Shown in pieces: positions 26,507-40,400 of a stretch of DNA of 64,000 nucleotides (position 1 is its first letter; every line of letters begins with the position of its first letter). The translations under genes and the position numbers were made by a program. Origin of the DNA: Moniliella sp. 'wahieum' (taxonomy: Eukaryota); assembly GCA_003971905.1 (NCBI GenBank), contig RSEE01000006.1, positions 186,001 through 250,000 of the forward strand, written 5' to 3'. A model generated the notes under the pieces. That model did no database searches. It worked only from the letters and a program-made list of their open reading frames with translations, and was not told where the DNA came from.

Positions 26507-29500
26507 ATGCCAGCTGCCGCTTCCCCGGCCCGCACCCCCACCAACCCCCGCCACGTCCGCTCCCACCGCGCCCGGTCCCGCCCATCCCGCTCGTCGTCAA
26601 GTGCCTCTCCACCGATGGCCGCACCAAGCGCCTCCAGTTCGCCTCCGTCACAGCCACCACCTACCCCGTCCTGCGCAGCCGCGTGGCGCGTTCCCTCCAG
26701 CTCCATGACGATTGGTCCGTCACCGGGGCCAGTCCGCCGGCACGCCTGACGGGGGACGGGCGGCGTTTGATCTGTCCTATACGGACGATGATGGTGAGGT
26801 GTGCGAGGTGGGGTGCGAGGCCGACTTGGAGGATGCGCTGGCGTTTTTCACACCTTCGCTCCTCTGGCACGCACTGCACCAGCCCGGAGAGGTACCACCG
26901 ACCGAATGGGCCGGCGCCACGGCGGTGGAGGTGCGTTGCTGGCCCGTATGCGCAGCAGTTTTCGCTCAGTGATTGGGGCACCGACCGCCGACAGCGCCTC
27001 GCTTCGCTCCCACAGCACTTTCCTCCTATGCCATCGGCAGCTCCACCTCCGGATCGCATAGCTCCACCTACCCTTACGCCTTGGACCTCCGCTTCCGCCC
27101 TCCCTCCTCCGCCGCCGCCCTGTCCAGCCACAACAGTTTCCCCTCTTCCCCCGGCAGCACGAGCAGTGCCGGCTTGCCTCCCGACGCTGATCAGGCCAGC
27201 CTTGTGTCGGACCATAGACGTGTCCGTTTTAGCGCGCAGATTCAGCGTGCCGGCATCGACGAGCCAGAGGCTGGGGAGGGCGACGCCTCCTCTTCGGGCA
27301 GCGACCTGGCACTGCGGCCGGCCGCTTCGCTGCATGCGTCCTCTGCCGCTTCTCGCTTCACTCTCGACTTGGGTCCGGCCCCCGTGATACGACCTTCTCC
27401 TTGGGGTAGGCACCAGATGGAGGACAAGCCTCTCCCCCCTCCCCCACTACCACCGCGCGCCCTCGCGTCTACCGAAGGCGTAGAGACTACGTCGGTGTCC
27501 CTCTATTCATCGAGCCACCCCTATTACCAACCAAGCCCGACCAATTTTCCTTCGACGAGGGCCTGTCGCAGCTGGGCCATCGTTCGGACTTGGATGCATC
27601 GAGCGTGCGGAGTGGTAGACCAGCGTCCCTTCGCTCGGCCCGGTCGTTCCTGACCCAGGCTTCCTCCTTGCGCGCTGGGTCCATCTACGGGCACATACAG
27701 AGCTCCTACGACCAACGGCAATACAGAGGGTTCTTCTCTGCCGCCTTGGATCCGTCCGATCCTACGGGTACGAGTAGCGGGGAAGAGTCGGACGATACGG
27801 TGAGTCAAATTGGCACGCAGACGAAAGTGCATCTTCTTGGCCCCCGCCCTTGCCGCCCGCTCACCCAGGGGTTCGTGGGCTTGCCACCATCGGACGCCCA
27901 GTTTCTCCAAGCGTGTCAGCGCCCTGCCCCTCTTTCCTTGAATGAGAATGCACCCGCTTCGTCTGCCCCAGCCGCTTCCTCCTCGTTGCTCCACCCTCTT
28001 CAGAAAGCTACCTGTAGTGCTTGCGATGTGCCGCTTGGTGGGCCCGATGGGTTCGGGTTGCGGTACGTTTGCGATGGGGCGGGCCTCGCCGCGATGGATC
28101 GACGAGCAGCGGTGAGAGTACAGCACGCCCCCAGGAGCGGCACCTGTACACCTTTCCTCGTTGGATGCGCCCTTCTTCTACTGCGCCTGCTTCGTCGCGA
28201 CTGGCCCAGAACGTGGAGGAGCCCCAATCTCCGACACAACAGAGTCCAAGCCGCCAAGATGCGGGGTGCAAGGGCTGGAGTTCTGTGCGGCGTGTATCTT
28301 TACCCGGGGCCGGAACATGTGGCGGCGTGTGCGTCGTCAAGCCACTGGTACTGACCCCACCACACCCGCTTCTCCTCGCACCAGCGTTGGCATGCATTTT
28401 ACGAGCTATGTGGAATGCCGAAGAGCGGGCTTGGCTTCCAGTTCGTCACGACATTCGCGGGGCCTGGTCTCGTGCGCCAGTTCGAGCTGGCGGGAAGGAC
28501 AGTTCCGTTGCTCCCAGTGTGACGAATACGCCCTCTGGCCAGTGTTTCCGCATCGTGTCGAAGCTGTAGGTGGATTGCTAATTCACGCTATGGGATCCCC
28601 ATACTGACCTTGTCTGTTCTGTATCTTTCCCAGGCACGCTTGTCACAGTTCATCCGTCTCCCCATTTCGTCTCGGCATCGTCCCAACTCAGATGACCGCA
28701 CCCTTAAAAACAGGCAGTACTACGCTCGTGCTCGCCCCGGATGACAGATTGCGGTGCAACTGGAGTGGCGTGTGCGTCTGCGGACAGTACCCCATTGTCG
28801 GGTGTGCGGGTTCACTGTGCTTCCTGTCCGGGCGGGAGGGACTTTGTTCGGTTTGCGACGAGCGCGGCTTATCCTTCCAACCCACCAGGCGCGCCTTGAC
28901 TGCACCAGGTGCCTCGGACGAGGCGTACCTACCCCCCCACACGCAGCAGCACATTTGCCTCAAAATCACCTTGCCAGTCGACAAACGCAATGTACAAGCC
29001 ACGGCAGCCATGTTGGAGGAAGCTTCGGACCGTCTGGTCGAGCTGGCGTTGCAGGGCAGCGTTCCTCTTGATGCCCTCAGCTCCCCGTCCCACGCGGGAC
29101 GCGCTTATGGAACAAGGTCCTCACGAACATACCTCCGTCCCTGCCAATTTGCGCCACGTGCCCCCCCCCCCGTCTCTGTTCCTTCTCAACCTCCCCATGC
29201 AGGCCTCTTGCTTGAGCCCGAGCCCGGCGTGCCTCCGCCTTTCCCTACCAGCCTTCCCCCTGAGGCTCCTGTGGCGACCGACGCGTTGTCTTCTTTCCCC
29301 CCGGTGCATCTGGAGCTAGCTCCTGGCTTATCCGGTCGGCCATTGGTGCCCCTATCCCCGGGTGCAGCTGGTGCGGGCCTCCTTCGCTGGTGGCGTGCGG
29401 TACTTGTGTGCGCGCTGCCCCGTCGAGCCATCAGGAGGGTACAGTTTGTGCCAGACGTGTGAGCCGTACTCGTTGTTGGTCCACGACCCGCGCCACATCT

Positions 29501-30294
29501 TTCTCAAGATCAATCGGTCTCACAGCACGTCGGGCTTGGTTCGTGCGCCTACCCTGGCTGTTCAGTACGATCCCTCGCCGCAACTGCCCCAGGTGGCAGC
29601 GACGACGACACGGTAGCCAGGCACTGTGGGACGCACTCTTGTCCTTGGCCGGTGTACCCAGCTCGGAACAACTCTTTGAGCTGGACCAGCTGGTGCACCA
29701 GCTCGACCCCCGGACCATCCTCTGCGCGCCAAGACGGAGCGCATCCGTACCCTTCGATACCAGTTGCACGAAACGATGCTCGCTTCGAACCTGGAGCACG
29801 TTCCTGTTCTTTGTGCGCCCCGAGCGGGAAGGAGGGTGCGCACCCGCACCCACACCCGCACCCGTAACCTATCCCCCGCGTCGCATGTTGGAGCGGGACG
29901 ATTCCGACAAAACGTTGGTCCCACCGGACCGCGACGGCAGACGCCCGTCCGCGACGCGCGTACTGGACAACGTGGTGGACAGCTTGTTGGCGGAACTGCA
30001 TCTGGTCCGCCCAACCAACTGGTTCATGCTTCATTCTATGCGACAGTTGCTTTGAGTTGGTCGAAGGGCCGTGGCTGCGGTGTGTGAAACTGTACGGCGT
30101 CGGTGGACTTGTGTGCGCGGTGCGAGATGCGCGCGGAGCACGATGGGTCGCATGTGCTCGCTGTGTTCAAGCAGTCTGTCGACGCGGAACAGATCAAGGC
30201 TCTGGTCAGCCAAGCTCCTTCCTCCCCGGCTCACAGCAGCAGCAACAGCAGCGCACCCACGCTCCAGCCCCACACGCGCCATCTTGCCGGGTAA
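26507..30294 (+). CDS. PB1 + multiple ZZ-type zinc finger protein (NBR1/p62-like architecture)
   Basis: N-terminal VVKC...LSYTDDDGEVCEV (OPCA-like motif); repeated Cys/His clusters such as YSLCQTCE..HDPRHIFLKI and DLCARCE..HDGSHVLAVFK; heavily frameshifted. Confidence 0.65.
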
Positions 30295-30997
30295 CTTGTT
30301 TGCGAGAAAACGGGTCGCAGTGGCTTGTGACTAGCCTATCCCCCTTTTTCCTTCCTTCCTTCTTAGTATCCTTACCTTTCATCTTTCTCCCGTTTGTCCC
30401 TCCTCCTTCCTTGTTCCCATCTCCTGTCGGCTCCCATCCACAACGCTTGTTCCGTCCCAGCGGACAGGGAGTGTAGTGTGGCGTAGCGCACCAGGACTGC
30501 CCCTGCACTTCCCACAACGGCGTTTGCCCTTCATCTCCCAATCCAATACCTCGTTTGATTTGGGTGCTCCCAAACTAGGTCAATTCCTACAATAGCGCCG
30601 TGGGGCGAACGATACACACTGAGAAGTCGAAGGGACGGTGCTGCTGTATTTTTTCATTTCACAAGGCAAACGCTGCTGGTGTCGACTGCAGAATTTGAAG
30701 CTCGAGCGCGAGTGGTCGAATGACTCGACTGACTCCGGGACATGCGACTACCAGTGTCGTCGATCACCTTCCACCACTGCTCGTCCCGCCCGCCTTCCCC
30801 TCGCTCTCTCTGCACGCCCACCTCCGCCCTGCACCACCCACCCCTGCTTCCCGCACCGAGGGACCGGCCACCCCCTTCCTTTCTCGGTCCCCACGCGCCG
30901 CTGCCTTCGCCTCGACTTGGACGTCAGCCTCCACCGCAGCAACTTCCGCGCCTCGAGCCTCTTCTCCTCCCCTCGGTCCCCCCCTGTCCCACGTGAC

Positions 30998-32955
30998 ATG
31001 AGAACGCGCACCGACATCGACCTCGGCCTCGAACCCGTCGAGGCGCAGATCTGCCAGCTGCTCGACGATACGTGCCAATGGATCCAGGCTACCCACCGGT
31101 TCTCTCCCCGGACCTGGAGCCGCGGCCTGATGCAGACGGGAAACGTCCTCCCTCCGCGGCCGAAACACTGCAAGCGAACGAGTGGAAGTGCGAGGCGCGT
31201 ATTGCCGGTGGGTGGGTGCGCGACAAGGTGACCGGCCGTGCTTCGGACGACATGGAGTGTCGCTTTCGAGTTTGACCGGCTTCCATTCGCCCACTATCTC
31301 AAGCTCTACCTTGAATCGGACACGTTCCAGCAGTCTCGGCTCTGTGCCCAGATCGCCGCTCTTCCCGACCAGCTTGGCAAGGGGCAATGGGGATCATTAG
31401 CAAGATTGAAGCCAACCCGAGCAGAGCAAAAACTAGGACTGCCACTGTGGTGTGCTGGGCCGATCGCTCGACTTAGTCAACCTGCGAAGGAAACGTACCT
31501 CAAGGACACAGGATCCCGATCCAAGAATTTGGCACGCCCGTCGAGGATGCCCAACGGCGGGATTGCACCATCAACGCACTTTTCTACAATGTGCACACGC
31601 ACCAGGTGGAGGACATGACTGGCAAGGGCTTGTTGGACTTGTCGCGCGGCATCATACGTACCCGCTCGAACCGTTCCAAACCTTTGAGGACGACCCGCTG
31701 CGAATCCTGCGCTGTGTCCGCTTTGCCAGCCGGTTCGCATTATCTTCCACCAGGACATTAAGGACGTCCTGCTCGGCCCGCGTGGCACGCACTTGCGACA
31801 AGAGTTGGCCTCCAAGATCAGTCGGGAACGGATTGGGATTGAGACGGACAAGATGCTGCGCGGGCCATACCCTGGGATTGCGTTGGATGATTTACATTGG
31901 TTGCATCTGTTCCCCATCGTCTTCCGCCCGCCTCCGGAGCAGGACGGCTCGCCTTCTCCCTTGTTTTTGCCCAACGCTACCACCGAGCCTGTTGCGCCAT
32001 TGCGCTCGGATAAAGAGGCAGTGGCGATCTCCGAGCGATTGGAACGCATCTGGCGCAGGGCAGCGCGAGCCCGCGAAAAGGGTACCTCGCCTCCGTCTCG
32101 GATCGCGCCTCTGTTTGATCCGGAGCAGCGACGCCGGCTGTTTTATGCCGCGGCTCTGTGGCCGCTGGTGGGGCTGGTGACCTGGACCCATCCTGCCGAG
32201 ACCAAGGCGAAAGCCGGACAGAAGACGACGAAGGCGAAGCGCAGTTTGGTCTCGGCCACCGAGAGCGTGTTGCTGGAAGGCCTCAAGCTCGGCGGGCGAG
32301 CAGACCAAGGAACCTGTCGAGGCGCTGTTCAAAGCGCTTGTTGCGCTCGCCGAGTTCAAGGCGTGGGAAACCGCCGCGGTGCAACGAGGCGAGAAGGTGG
32401 AAACGATCCAGACCCAACTCTACTTTCTGTTGCGCAAACCCTGCTTTGTCAACCCGACATACTCCCTTTCCCCTGTTTCGGCCTTCTTCTTTGCTGCGCT
32501 CGCCCATGCCCATTCCGGGTCCACGGACTCCGACTCCGACTCCGACTCCCACTCTCACTCCGACTCCCACTCCCACTCCCACTCCCACTCCGGCTCCGCC
32601 TCCCACCTCGCCCCCACCGCGGACTTGGACCGCTGGTGGACTTGGATCGAGGAGCTGGATATGGTAAGGCGGGCGAGCGAACGGCCACTGTTGAATGGTC
32701 TCCAGATCCAGCAGCTGGTCGGCTTTGCGCCAGGCCCACTCATCCCGGCCATCCAACACCACGTGCTGGAATGGCAATTGTGGAACGTCGCTGCTGACGC
32801 TGCCGCCGGCCCGTCTGCCTCCGCCGTCGCCGCAGCTCAAACTTGGTTCCGTACCGCCTGGGACGCAGGCACCGTCTTACCCCCCCGACGAAGTGGCACG
32901 CGCTCAGGCAGCCGCGGCGGCCAAGGACGCAAAGAAGACCAAAAGGAAAACGTAA
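30998..32955 (+). CDS. CCA1: CCA-adding tRNA nucleotidyltransferase
   Basis: EARIAGGWVRDK, FGTPVEDAQRRDCTINALFYN, TFEDDPLRILRCVRFASRF, KISRERIGIE. Confidence 0.9.
32527..32592 (+). repeat. Coding hexamer microsatellite (ACTCC[C/G])n encoding DSDSDSHSHSDSHSHSHSHS
   Basis: Directly visible 6-bp repeats inside the CCA1 C-terminal region. Confidence 0.9.
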
Positions 32956-33497
32956 CGAGCGTGCCAGGCAAGTGGACGCGGGAATGGCGACGCTGTGATG
33001 CGGTGACGTTTTGACGCTCTGATACTTGAAGCTGAAGGATGGCAGACAAGCCGGGCGCATGCGCCCGGCGCGATACGGGCAGGAGGGGCGCCGTGGAGCG
33101 GGCAGGATCAGTTCATCGGCATGCACCGATCGCATATACACATCTATCGATCCATCTCTCCGCAGACGGTCGGTTCCCATGAGATGCACATAATTAATGG
33201 CCGTCACGCAAATGCCCCAGGGGCGAGATCCTGCGATGGATCCGAGTTCTGGTTCTGAGCGTACTGGCTAACGGTGGGAACCCGAGAGGCAAATAGGACA
33301 AAGCACACAAGGTGGGGTGGTTGTGACCAAACATCTTCATCCTCGTGCCAGTTGTATCGTGTGATGTTCGTCTCGACACCGCCACGCCATACCATGCTAG
33401 CGGCTCGGCGTACCCTTTGCATACGGATGCACGGAGGTTAGGCTGCTCTTCGAGATTGCTGATACCGGCCGAGCGTGAAGATGGCTTCACGGTGTCT

Positions 33498-34534
33498 TTA
33501 CGGGGCATCCGTGTTGCGGTTGCGGTTATTCCCGCGTTTGTTGGTATGGGGGTGACCGCCGTGGGAGCCAGTCTCGCAATCGGGAGCGGCTGGGAGAAGC
33601 GCAATGTCTTGTTTGACTTCTTCCATGCTCAGGTGCTCTAGACGAAGACGGTCCTTAGGGTCACGCAGACCCCCGACAAGAATGCGGCGGTAATATTCGT
33701 CGCTGGCCGGGCAGACGCAGTTGATCCGGTGTTGAAGCTGGGTCATCTCCGATAGATACTCGCTCCCACTCCGGCGGGTTTGGAAGCAGTGGAGATGACG
33801 GTCACTCAGCTCGTGGTATCTCACGCTGTCTACATTACCGTATCTGTTGCGCAGGACGCGAAGCAGGTCATGTGTAGTGTCGACGTTGCCCTCATCGATG
33901 ATGAGGAAGCGAACGTCGAGGGGGAGGCGGTACAACAACAGGTTCGTTAGGTGCATGTCGAGGAATTGGTCGTATTGGTCTGACGAGCGACCGGATTGGA
34001 CAATTCTTTGACGATGGGGTGGATGCGGTGCAAAATGTCGAGGATAAAGGATTCCCAGGTCACGTATTCGACGGGATCGTTCAAAATAGTCTTGAAAGTG
34101 TTGTTGAGACGCTCAATCTCCTTTCCTGCCTCCTTCAACGCGTAACGGAGGTCAGCCCTGTCCTCGCTCGTGAGCGCAGGGCTGCTCGGGTAGATCCCGA
34201 GTTGGCCAGTTCGGTGAGCACATAGTCCTCCAGCGCATGGGTGAGCGTGTAGATCCACAGGTCCATTCCGCCGGGGGCTTTCTTGTTGTTCGACGCGTAC
34301 ATCGCAGTGTGTGCCTCGGTCGCCGTCGAGCGGCACAGGGCATGCAAGCTCTCGCTGCTCGTTTGCGGAAACAGACGAACGCCTGCCAGGAGGTTGGCTC
34401 CAGCATCAGCGTGGACCTGTTTCCAGGGGGTCCGGGTGGGGGTGGAGGGGCTCTTTGTGGACGATGTGCTGCGCATGTTTGGTTGGAGTAGCACCGGGGG
34501 GCGGCGTCTGCTGCATGGCTTCGTTGGCAGACAT
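33498..34534 (-). CDS. Stand-alone Ty1/Copia Gag-like protein (UBN2/Retrotran_gag_2-like), no pol or LTR seen
   Basis: ILNDPVEYVTWESFILDIL ... FLIIDEGNVDTTHDLLRVLRNRYG ... SEYLSEMTQL ... ILVGGL follows the Copia capsid pattern; ATG preceded by (CAC)n; stitched over about 3 frameshifts. Confidence 0.55.
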
Positions 34535-35003
34535 GGTGGTGGTGGTGGTGGTGGTTCGGGGGGGGCTAGTGACTAGGGACGTGGGCACGCCAGGACTCGG
34601 TCAGTGCGGGGCAGTCGGTGATGCGTGACGCGTGACGAGCCAAGGCATGCATCATGCATCATGCACGGGGCGGGGCAGATATCAGTCACACGCCACGTCA
34701 CACGTCACGTGGTGCCCGTGAGCATGCGTAGGGTTAGCGCTTTGCTTGAGCGCAATTCGATCGGCACCTCTGCTCTTGTTCGCGCCATCGCATAAGCAAC
34801 CCTCATTGATCACCCATCCCCCCACGCGCCAGCCAGCCCCCACCGCTCGGCCCTGCCACCACCCGCACCCGCACCACCTTCCCCGCTTGCAACTCCCTTC
34901 CTCGCACCCGCTACGCCGCCCTCGCCGCCCCAAAAGTCAGCCCCCCCTTCTTCCTCCCTCGCAACTCCAACACCTGCAGCTGTTGCCCCCCCAGTTACGT
35001 GCC

Positions 35004-35333
35004 ATGCCGATGCCCGCAAGCCCAACGTAAACGAGATGAAGCTTCGCCGCCTCACCGAGAACAATGCGCGGCTTCAGGAGGACCTGCGTCGGCCGCGCAT
35101 CAAGGTTTCTGAAGCCAGCCAATCGTACGTGGATCTGCTCCCTGGTTGTGCTTTGCGATCTGCCATCTAACCCCTCTTGGCCACTTTCGGCTGCCCATCA
35201 ACCCAGCTTGGTGGCCTACTGCCAAGCCACGCACGACCCCCTCATCCCATCCGTTTGGGGTACTGTCGACAAGAAGGACGACCCCTATGCCCCGAAACAA
35301 ACTACTGCCGGATGCGAGTGCGTCGTCATGTGA
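35004..35333 (+). CDS. Heterotrimeric G-protein gamma subunit
   Basis: EMKLRRLTENNARLQEDLRRPRIKVSEASQS|LVAYCQATHDPLIPSVWG...GCECVVM* (CAAX); intron 35125-35206 with CTAAC branch point. Confidence 0.92.
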
Positions 35334-37494
35334 GGTATATGACGGGTTACTTCGGTTATGACTGCTAGGCACCTGGTCCAGAGTCACGGTTACCCGCTGT
35401 GTCCACTTTCTCCCTCTCGCCTACGACCTAACCGAGGATCAGTCAGGCTTGAGCTAGGCTCCATTGGTTGTCTTAAAAGCCTCGCCTTCTTCCCGCCTTC
35501 ACGCTCGGAAGTTATCTGTTTGTCGGCGCCTTTCGTCACTGGTGCCAAGATTGTCCTTCCTGGGAACTCCTTCTACCTCGCGCATTTCTCTTTGATACCA
35601 TCATCGTCTCTTTCCCTATCTGATCTGATCTTCTCCCAGGAGCATCTCTCCTACAAATCGGTCGTCTACGCCCTCACTCCCCTTCGTTTAATCTCAGACC
35701 TCACGTTCCCTTGCCACCTTCCAGAAGATCTATCCCTGTACACCATTGTCCAGCCATTGTTGTCATCTCCAGCAATGGCCAAACAAACTGTCCTCTCTGT
35801 TTCCGCCCCTTTTCTCCAACCTACGGCGATAGGTAGTTTTAGCAACAAGAAACAATTATCAAGCTTCAAGCATTGGCTGCGTATGTACAGCATCAGTCAC
35901 GTCTAGTTTTCTGTATACAAGAGGAAAGAAAAGGTATAGCATCGGCAGTGGTACTGCGGTCCTGTCGCCTCCTTAGAGCATCCCCTCCCAGTACGGCAGT
36001 CATGTACATCGACGCTTGTGCATCTTAGTAGTCCTGGTTTGGAGATGAGGCGAATCATCAGTGGTCTCCCGTCTCGCCGCTTGGAAAATACAACGGGAAT
36101 GGGCCCAATGAGAGGGCAGTGGCAAAACTGCACCTGGCCGAAACAGCCGGTGCCCAACGACATGATGCTCGTCCGCATTAACCTCCCCCTCCCACCCGTC
36201 ACCACGCACCGGAAACGCATGCATTGATGGTCATGCCCGAGGCGGCCATGCTGTCACATTGATACCATCGGCGCCGGTATAGGCAACTATAGGCAACGTT
36301 GCCAACTTAACTCCCGCTAAGCACGGCCCCAAACAGCCCAACACCAACATCGGTACGGTCCAGTGCACCGCCTTGAAGCAGACCAGGGAAAACGCACCAG
36401 CAACCCAGGCAGGCGAACGCAGTCCCCCACATGGACGGCACCAGTCGACCTTTGGACGGGGGTGGGCATCGTGCTGTCGAGAGCCAGCTTCATGGTCTGC
36501 GGTTCAAAACATATCGAGACCGAACACAGGGCAAGGTACATGCCAATCAAGACGGCGCAAAAGGCCAAATGGAAGCACTGCGTACAATGGGCTAAAGGTC
36601 AGGTCCCGCTTTGGAGTAAGATGCGCCCTGGGTAAGGGGGATGAGACAACAGGGCAACCAGGCCTTCTTGCCATAGGCTAAGCCATGATCCCGAATGAAG
36701 ACCGAGGGGAAGACTTCTAAGAAGAGGGAGATGACACTGAGTGCCGTCGTGGACCAAGACCAACTGAATGCAGAGACCAGAAGCATTATAGGGTCCAGAA
36801 TGTGAAGAAAAGGGATGCGCTGATGAATGTCCCAACGGTGATGAGGGTATTGATAGTGGAAATAGGGGGGGTTGAACGACGACGAATATCGTCATCCGAG
36901 CCGCCTTCCCTGGCCGGCTCTTCTTGCAGACGATGGGTCATGCTGTTGGCCGCGTTTTAGTGCCCTTTGCGGGGCAGAGGGGTGACGGGGGGCTGGCTGT
37001 TTGGGCTGGCTGTTGCGGTCATCGAATCGAAGAGGGAAATTTTTGATCTCACCAAAAGCGACCGTACTCAGAGGTCTCTCAAATGGTTGCATTGCCAGAA
37101 AAACTTCGACCCTCCGCTCGGAAAAGAATCACTTGTGCCTATGCCTTGCTCGGCAGATCCAACTATGGCTCCATTTCTTGTAGAGGCAAAAGGTGAGAGC
37201 TATGGGGGGGAGAGGGACAAGGAAGACAGGCTGCTGGGGATGGAACAACCCCGCAGGGCATCGTTCCCGCGCCGGCTAAGTTGAGGCTAACACTCGGCGG
37301 AAGACGCGGCGGAACGAGGGAGTCATTTATGGGGTGTGGCGGTGCTGGCCTGTGCGCGCGTGGGAGAGGAGCAGAAAAGCCAACGCGGCCATATATGCAG
37401 TTTAAGTACCCACAGCAACCCAGCCGCAGCCGGGACGCCACCACCGCACCTCCAAGTCTTCGCCCCGCTGCTCGGTGCCGGCCGGCCGACCAGG

Positions 37495-40400
37495 ATGCGC
37501 GTCTTTGGCGCCCACGACGGCGCGCTCCTCTCTGTGGACAGCCGCTGGCTGCCTTCCCCACCACCAGCGCCCTCGCCGACGTCGTCGCTCTCGCCACCGG
37601 CATCGTAGCCGACGCAGTCATCCTCCTCACCCAGGACGGCGTGCAAGTAACGGACGAGCTGCTGCCCCAGCTGCTGGCTGAGCCCAGCACCGACCTGATC
37701 TGGTCTTTTCTCGCCTCATCTTCTCTGCCGAGCCAGAGACGGTCGCGCCGTCGTCCAGAGCGCGGTGGTGCTCCAGCCTCGGCTGCCTAGTACGTTTGCT
37801 CACCTCTCTCTCGGTCTGACAGGCACGGTGCGCGACCAGGCTCTGACTCTGACCCTGACTCTGACTCTTTCTCGCCCTCTTCTGCCTCACGCCATCCCCA
37901 TCTTCCGCTCGCCAACGCCCAACGCACTGCACGAGTTGGTGACGATTGGGGAGCAGGCAGCGCGGACGGCGGCTCTGCACGCGCACCACGCTACCGCCCT
38001 CGCTGGCCGCCTGGAAGTCATCCAGCGCGCCTCGCACGTTGCCCTTCTCAACCTCGTTCAGCATGGGACGGGCATCCGGCACGCTGCGCGGGCCTTCCAC
38101 ACCACCTGTACGACCGAGCTGCGACGCATGCGGTTCTTGCTGGAAGGATGCGACAGGACCCTTTCGGCTCTGGACTTGGTCCAGGTCCGCCCTGAACTCC
38201 TGTCCTCCTACTGTGGGCAGCCCGGGCAGGAGCGAGTCGGCTGCCTACCGCCCACCCGCTGCTGAGTAGTTGGATCAATAAGGATCGCATGCGCACCGTG
38301 GCAGCCAAGCTGAGACGGTGCTGCACACGCTCCAGAAGCAGCTCACAGCCCTGGGGGCAAGAGGAGAAGAACTGCACGATGAGATGCGCAGGCTGCAGCA
38401 GACCTCTTCCCTTCCCCCCGTGTATCCGAGGGGGAGGAGCAAGAGGCGGTGCAGGCGGCGGAACGGACACAGGTACTGGCGCACCGTATCAGCGAGATCG
38501 CCTCGCCCGACGCCAAGGGCTGGCCGGTGGCGGACAAGTTGACGGAGGATAAGCTTGTGGCGCTGTCGAGTGCGATGGATGAGATTGAGCAGTGTGATGA
38601 GGTGGCGCGCGACGCGCTCCGGCGCTTGACCCAGCAGCTCAATAGGGCCACCACGCGCGCTGTGCACCACCTCTCGCGTGTATCCAATCTGCGAGCGCGT
38701 ACGCCGACTATGGGATGGAAGTGGCGGAGATGCAAGCTGCCGTTCCGCTCTCGTCGCCCCACGGCCACGGCCCGATCCAAGTGGAGTGCTTTCCCTACTT
38801 GGAGCGTCTGGCCGCCATCTTGCCCGCCTATGCGGCCACGGTGGCTGAACGGGTGCGGCGCTCCGAGTTTGCCGACCTGTTCCTCGCTCGCTCCACTTCC
38901 TTCGCCCATATGATGGCCACATTCGGCTTGCAGGAGGAGCGCAAACGAGCGCGGTACGATACCCGCCACCCTACCCTTCTTCCCTGGCACATCAGCGACT
39001 CGACCAGCCCGCGCCCCGGTTGCACATCCAGACCGAGGCGACTGAGCTAGAGCCAGACACCACCCGGCCCGGCGTGACCACATCTACGACCTGCTCAGCT
39101 TGCTCGACCACATCGAACATGAGCTCGGGAGTACGTCTACCTCACAGGAGCCCAGTAGGCCAATAGCCATCCAAGTAGCAACCCCCCGGTGCCTTCCAAC
39201 TCGGATGAATCGCTTCTTCCTCGCTCCCCCCGCCCTCGCGAGCCCAATCGAAACGACACGGACGCTGCTGCGCGCGCTGTTGCACGAGCTGGATACCGTA
39301 CCAGAGCAGTTTGAGCAACTCGTCCGCACTCACTTGTTCAGCGCAGAGGAGGCCCTACCTCCCGACCCCGAGGCGGCCCCACATCCTCGAGCGGAACCCA
39401 CGGTGCCCACCCAGCTGCCGACGGAACGCCGTGCCGACCAAGAGACTGTGGACCGACTCACCATGGAGCGGGACGCGGCGCGCGCCTCCCTCGCCCAAGC
39501 ACAGCAGGAACACACCCACTGTGGCCGAGAAGGAAGCTTGCACGCTCGCATCCAACGTCTCGCGTCCGAGGCACAAACCAACCAGCAGCAGCACCTCGCT
39601 TGTCGCACCCAGCTTGCCGCCCTGCAGGCTGAGGTGGAGCAGTTGCGGGGTGCGCGTCCCACGGACCAGGAGGACGATGGGGCTCCCACAGGACTTTGGA
39701 GCCGAATCGGTCGTTGGAGCCAAGCCAGACACTTCTGCCGAGCTCACCACAGCCCAAGGTGCCTAGCCAGAGTAGTTCTGTCACCTCGAAGCCACGGGTC
39801 CCAGAAAGAGCTTGATGCTTCGTCCCAAGGCAAGGGTGACGGAACGGCGTCTTTGCTCTCAGCCGAGAGCGAGATGGCTAAGCTGAAGGAGGAGGTGAGA
39901 ACGTGCGGGCGCAATTGGAGCGAGAGCAAGGGGCGGCAAATGCGCTGGACCCAAGCATGACGCAGGCGGAGGGAACGAGGGGGGAGGACAGGGCGGCGAC
40001 AGCGGTGCAGGTGGCGCAGATTCAAGGGGAGGCCGACGCGCGGGCGGGACTTGAGTTCGGCCCGTGCGCGGCCCGGGCGGCGCAGCAGCGGATGCGGATG
40101 CGTTGACGGAGGACGGTGGCGGTGCTGCGGACCCAGTGGCTGCTGCTGACGAGGACCATGGGGTGCTTGTGCAGGAACTGGAGGCGGCGCACCGCGCACG
40201 CCGCTGTGCCGACGCCGAGGCTGCTCGGGCTACGAACGCTTGCATGAGCTGGTGCAGTCAGCCGCCCTGGGCCCACGCCCTGCTCCGCGTCCACCGCGCC
40301 CTGCTCGCTGTCCCACCCATGTCTAGCCGCGCGTCCCGCGCCGACTCCAAGTCCGAGCCTGCCGCCTCCCTGTGCCGGCTGACACCATGCCTGAGCCTGA

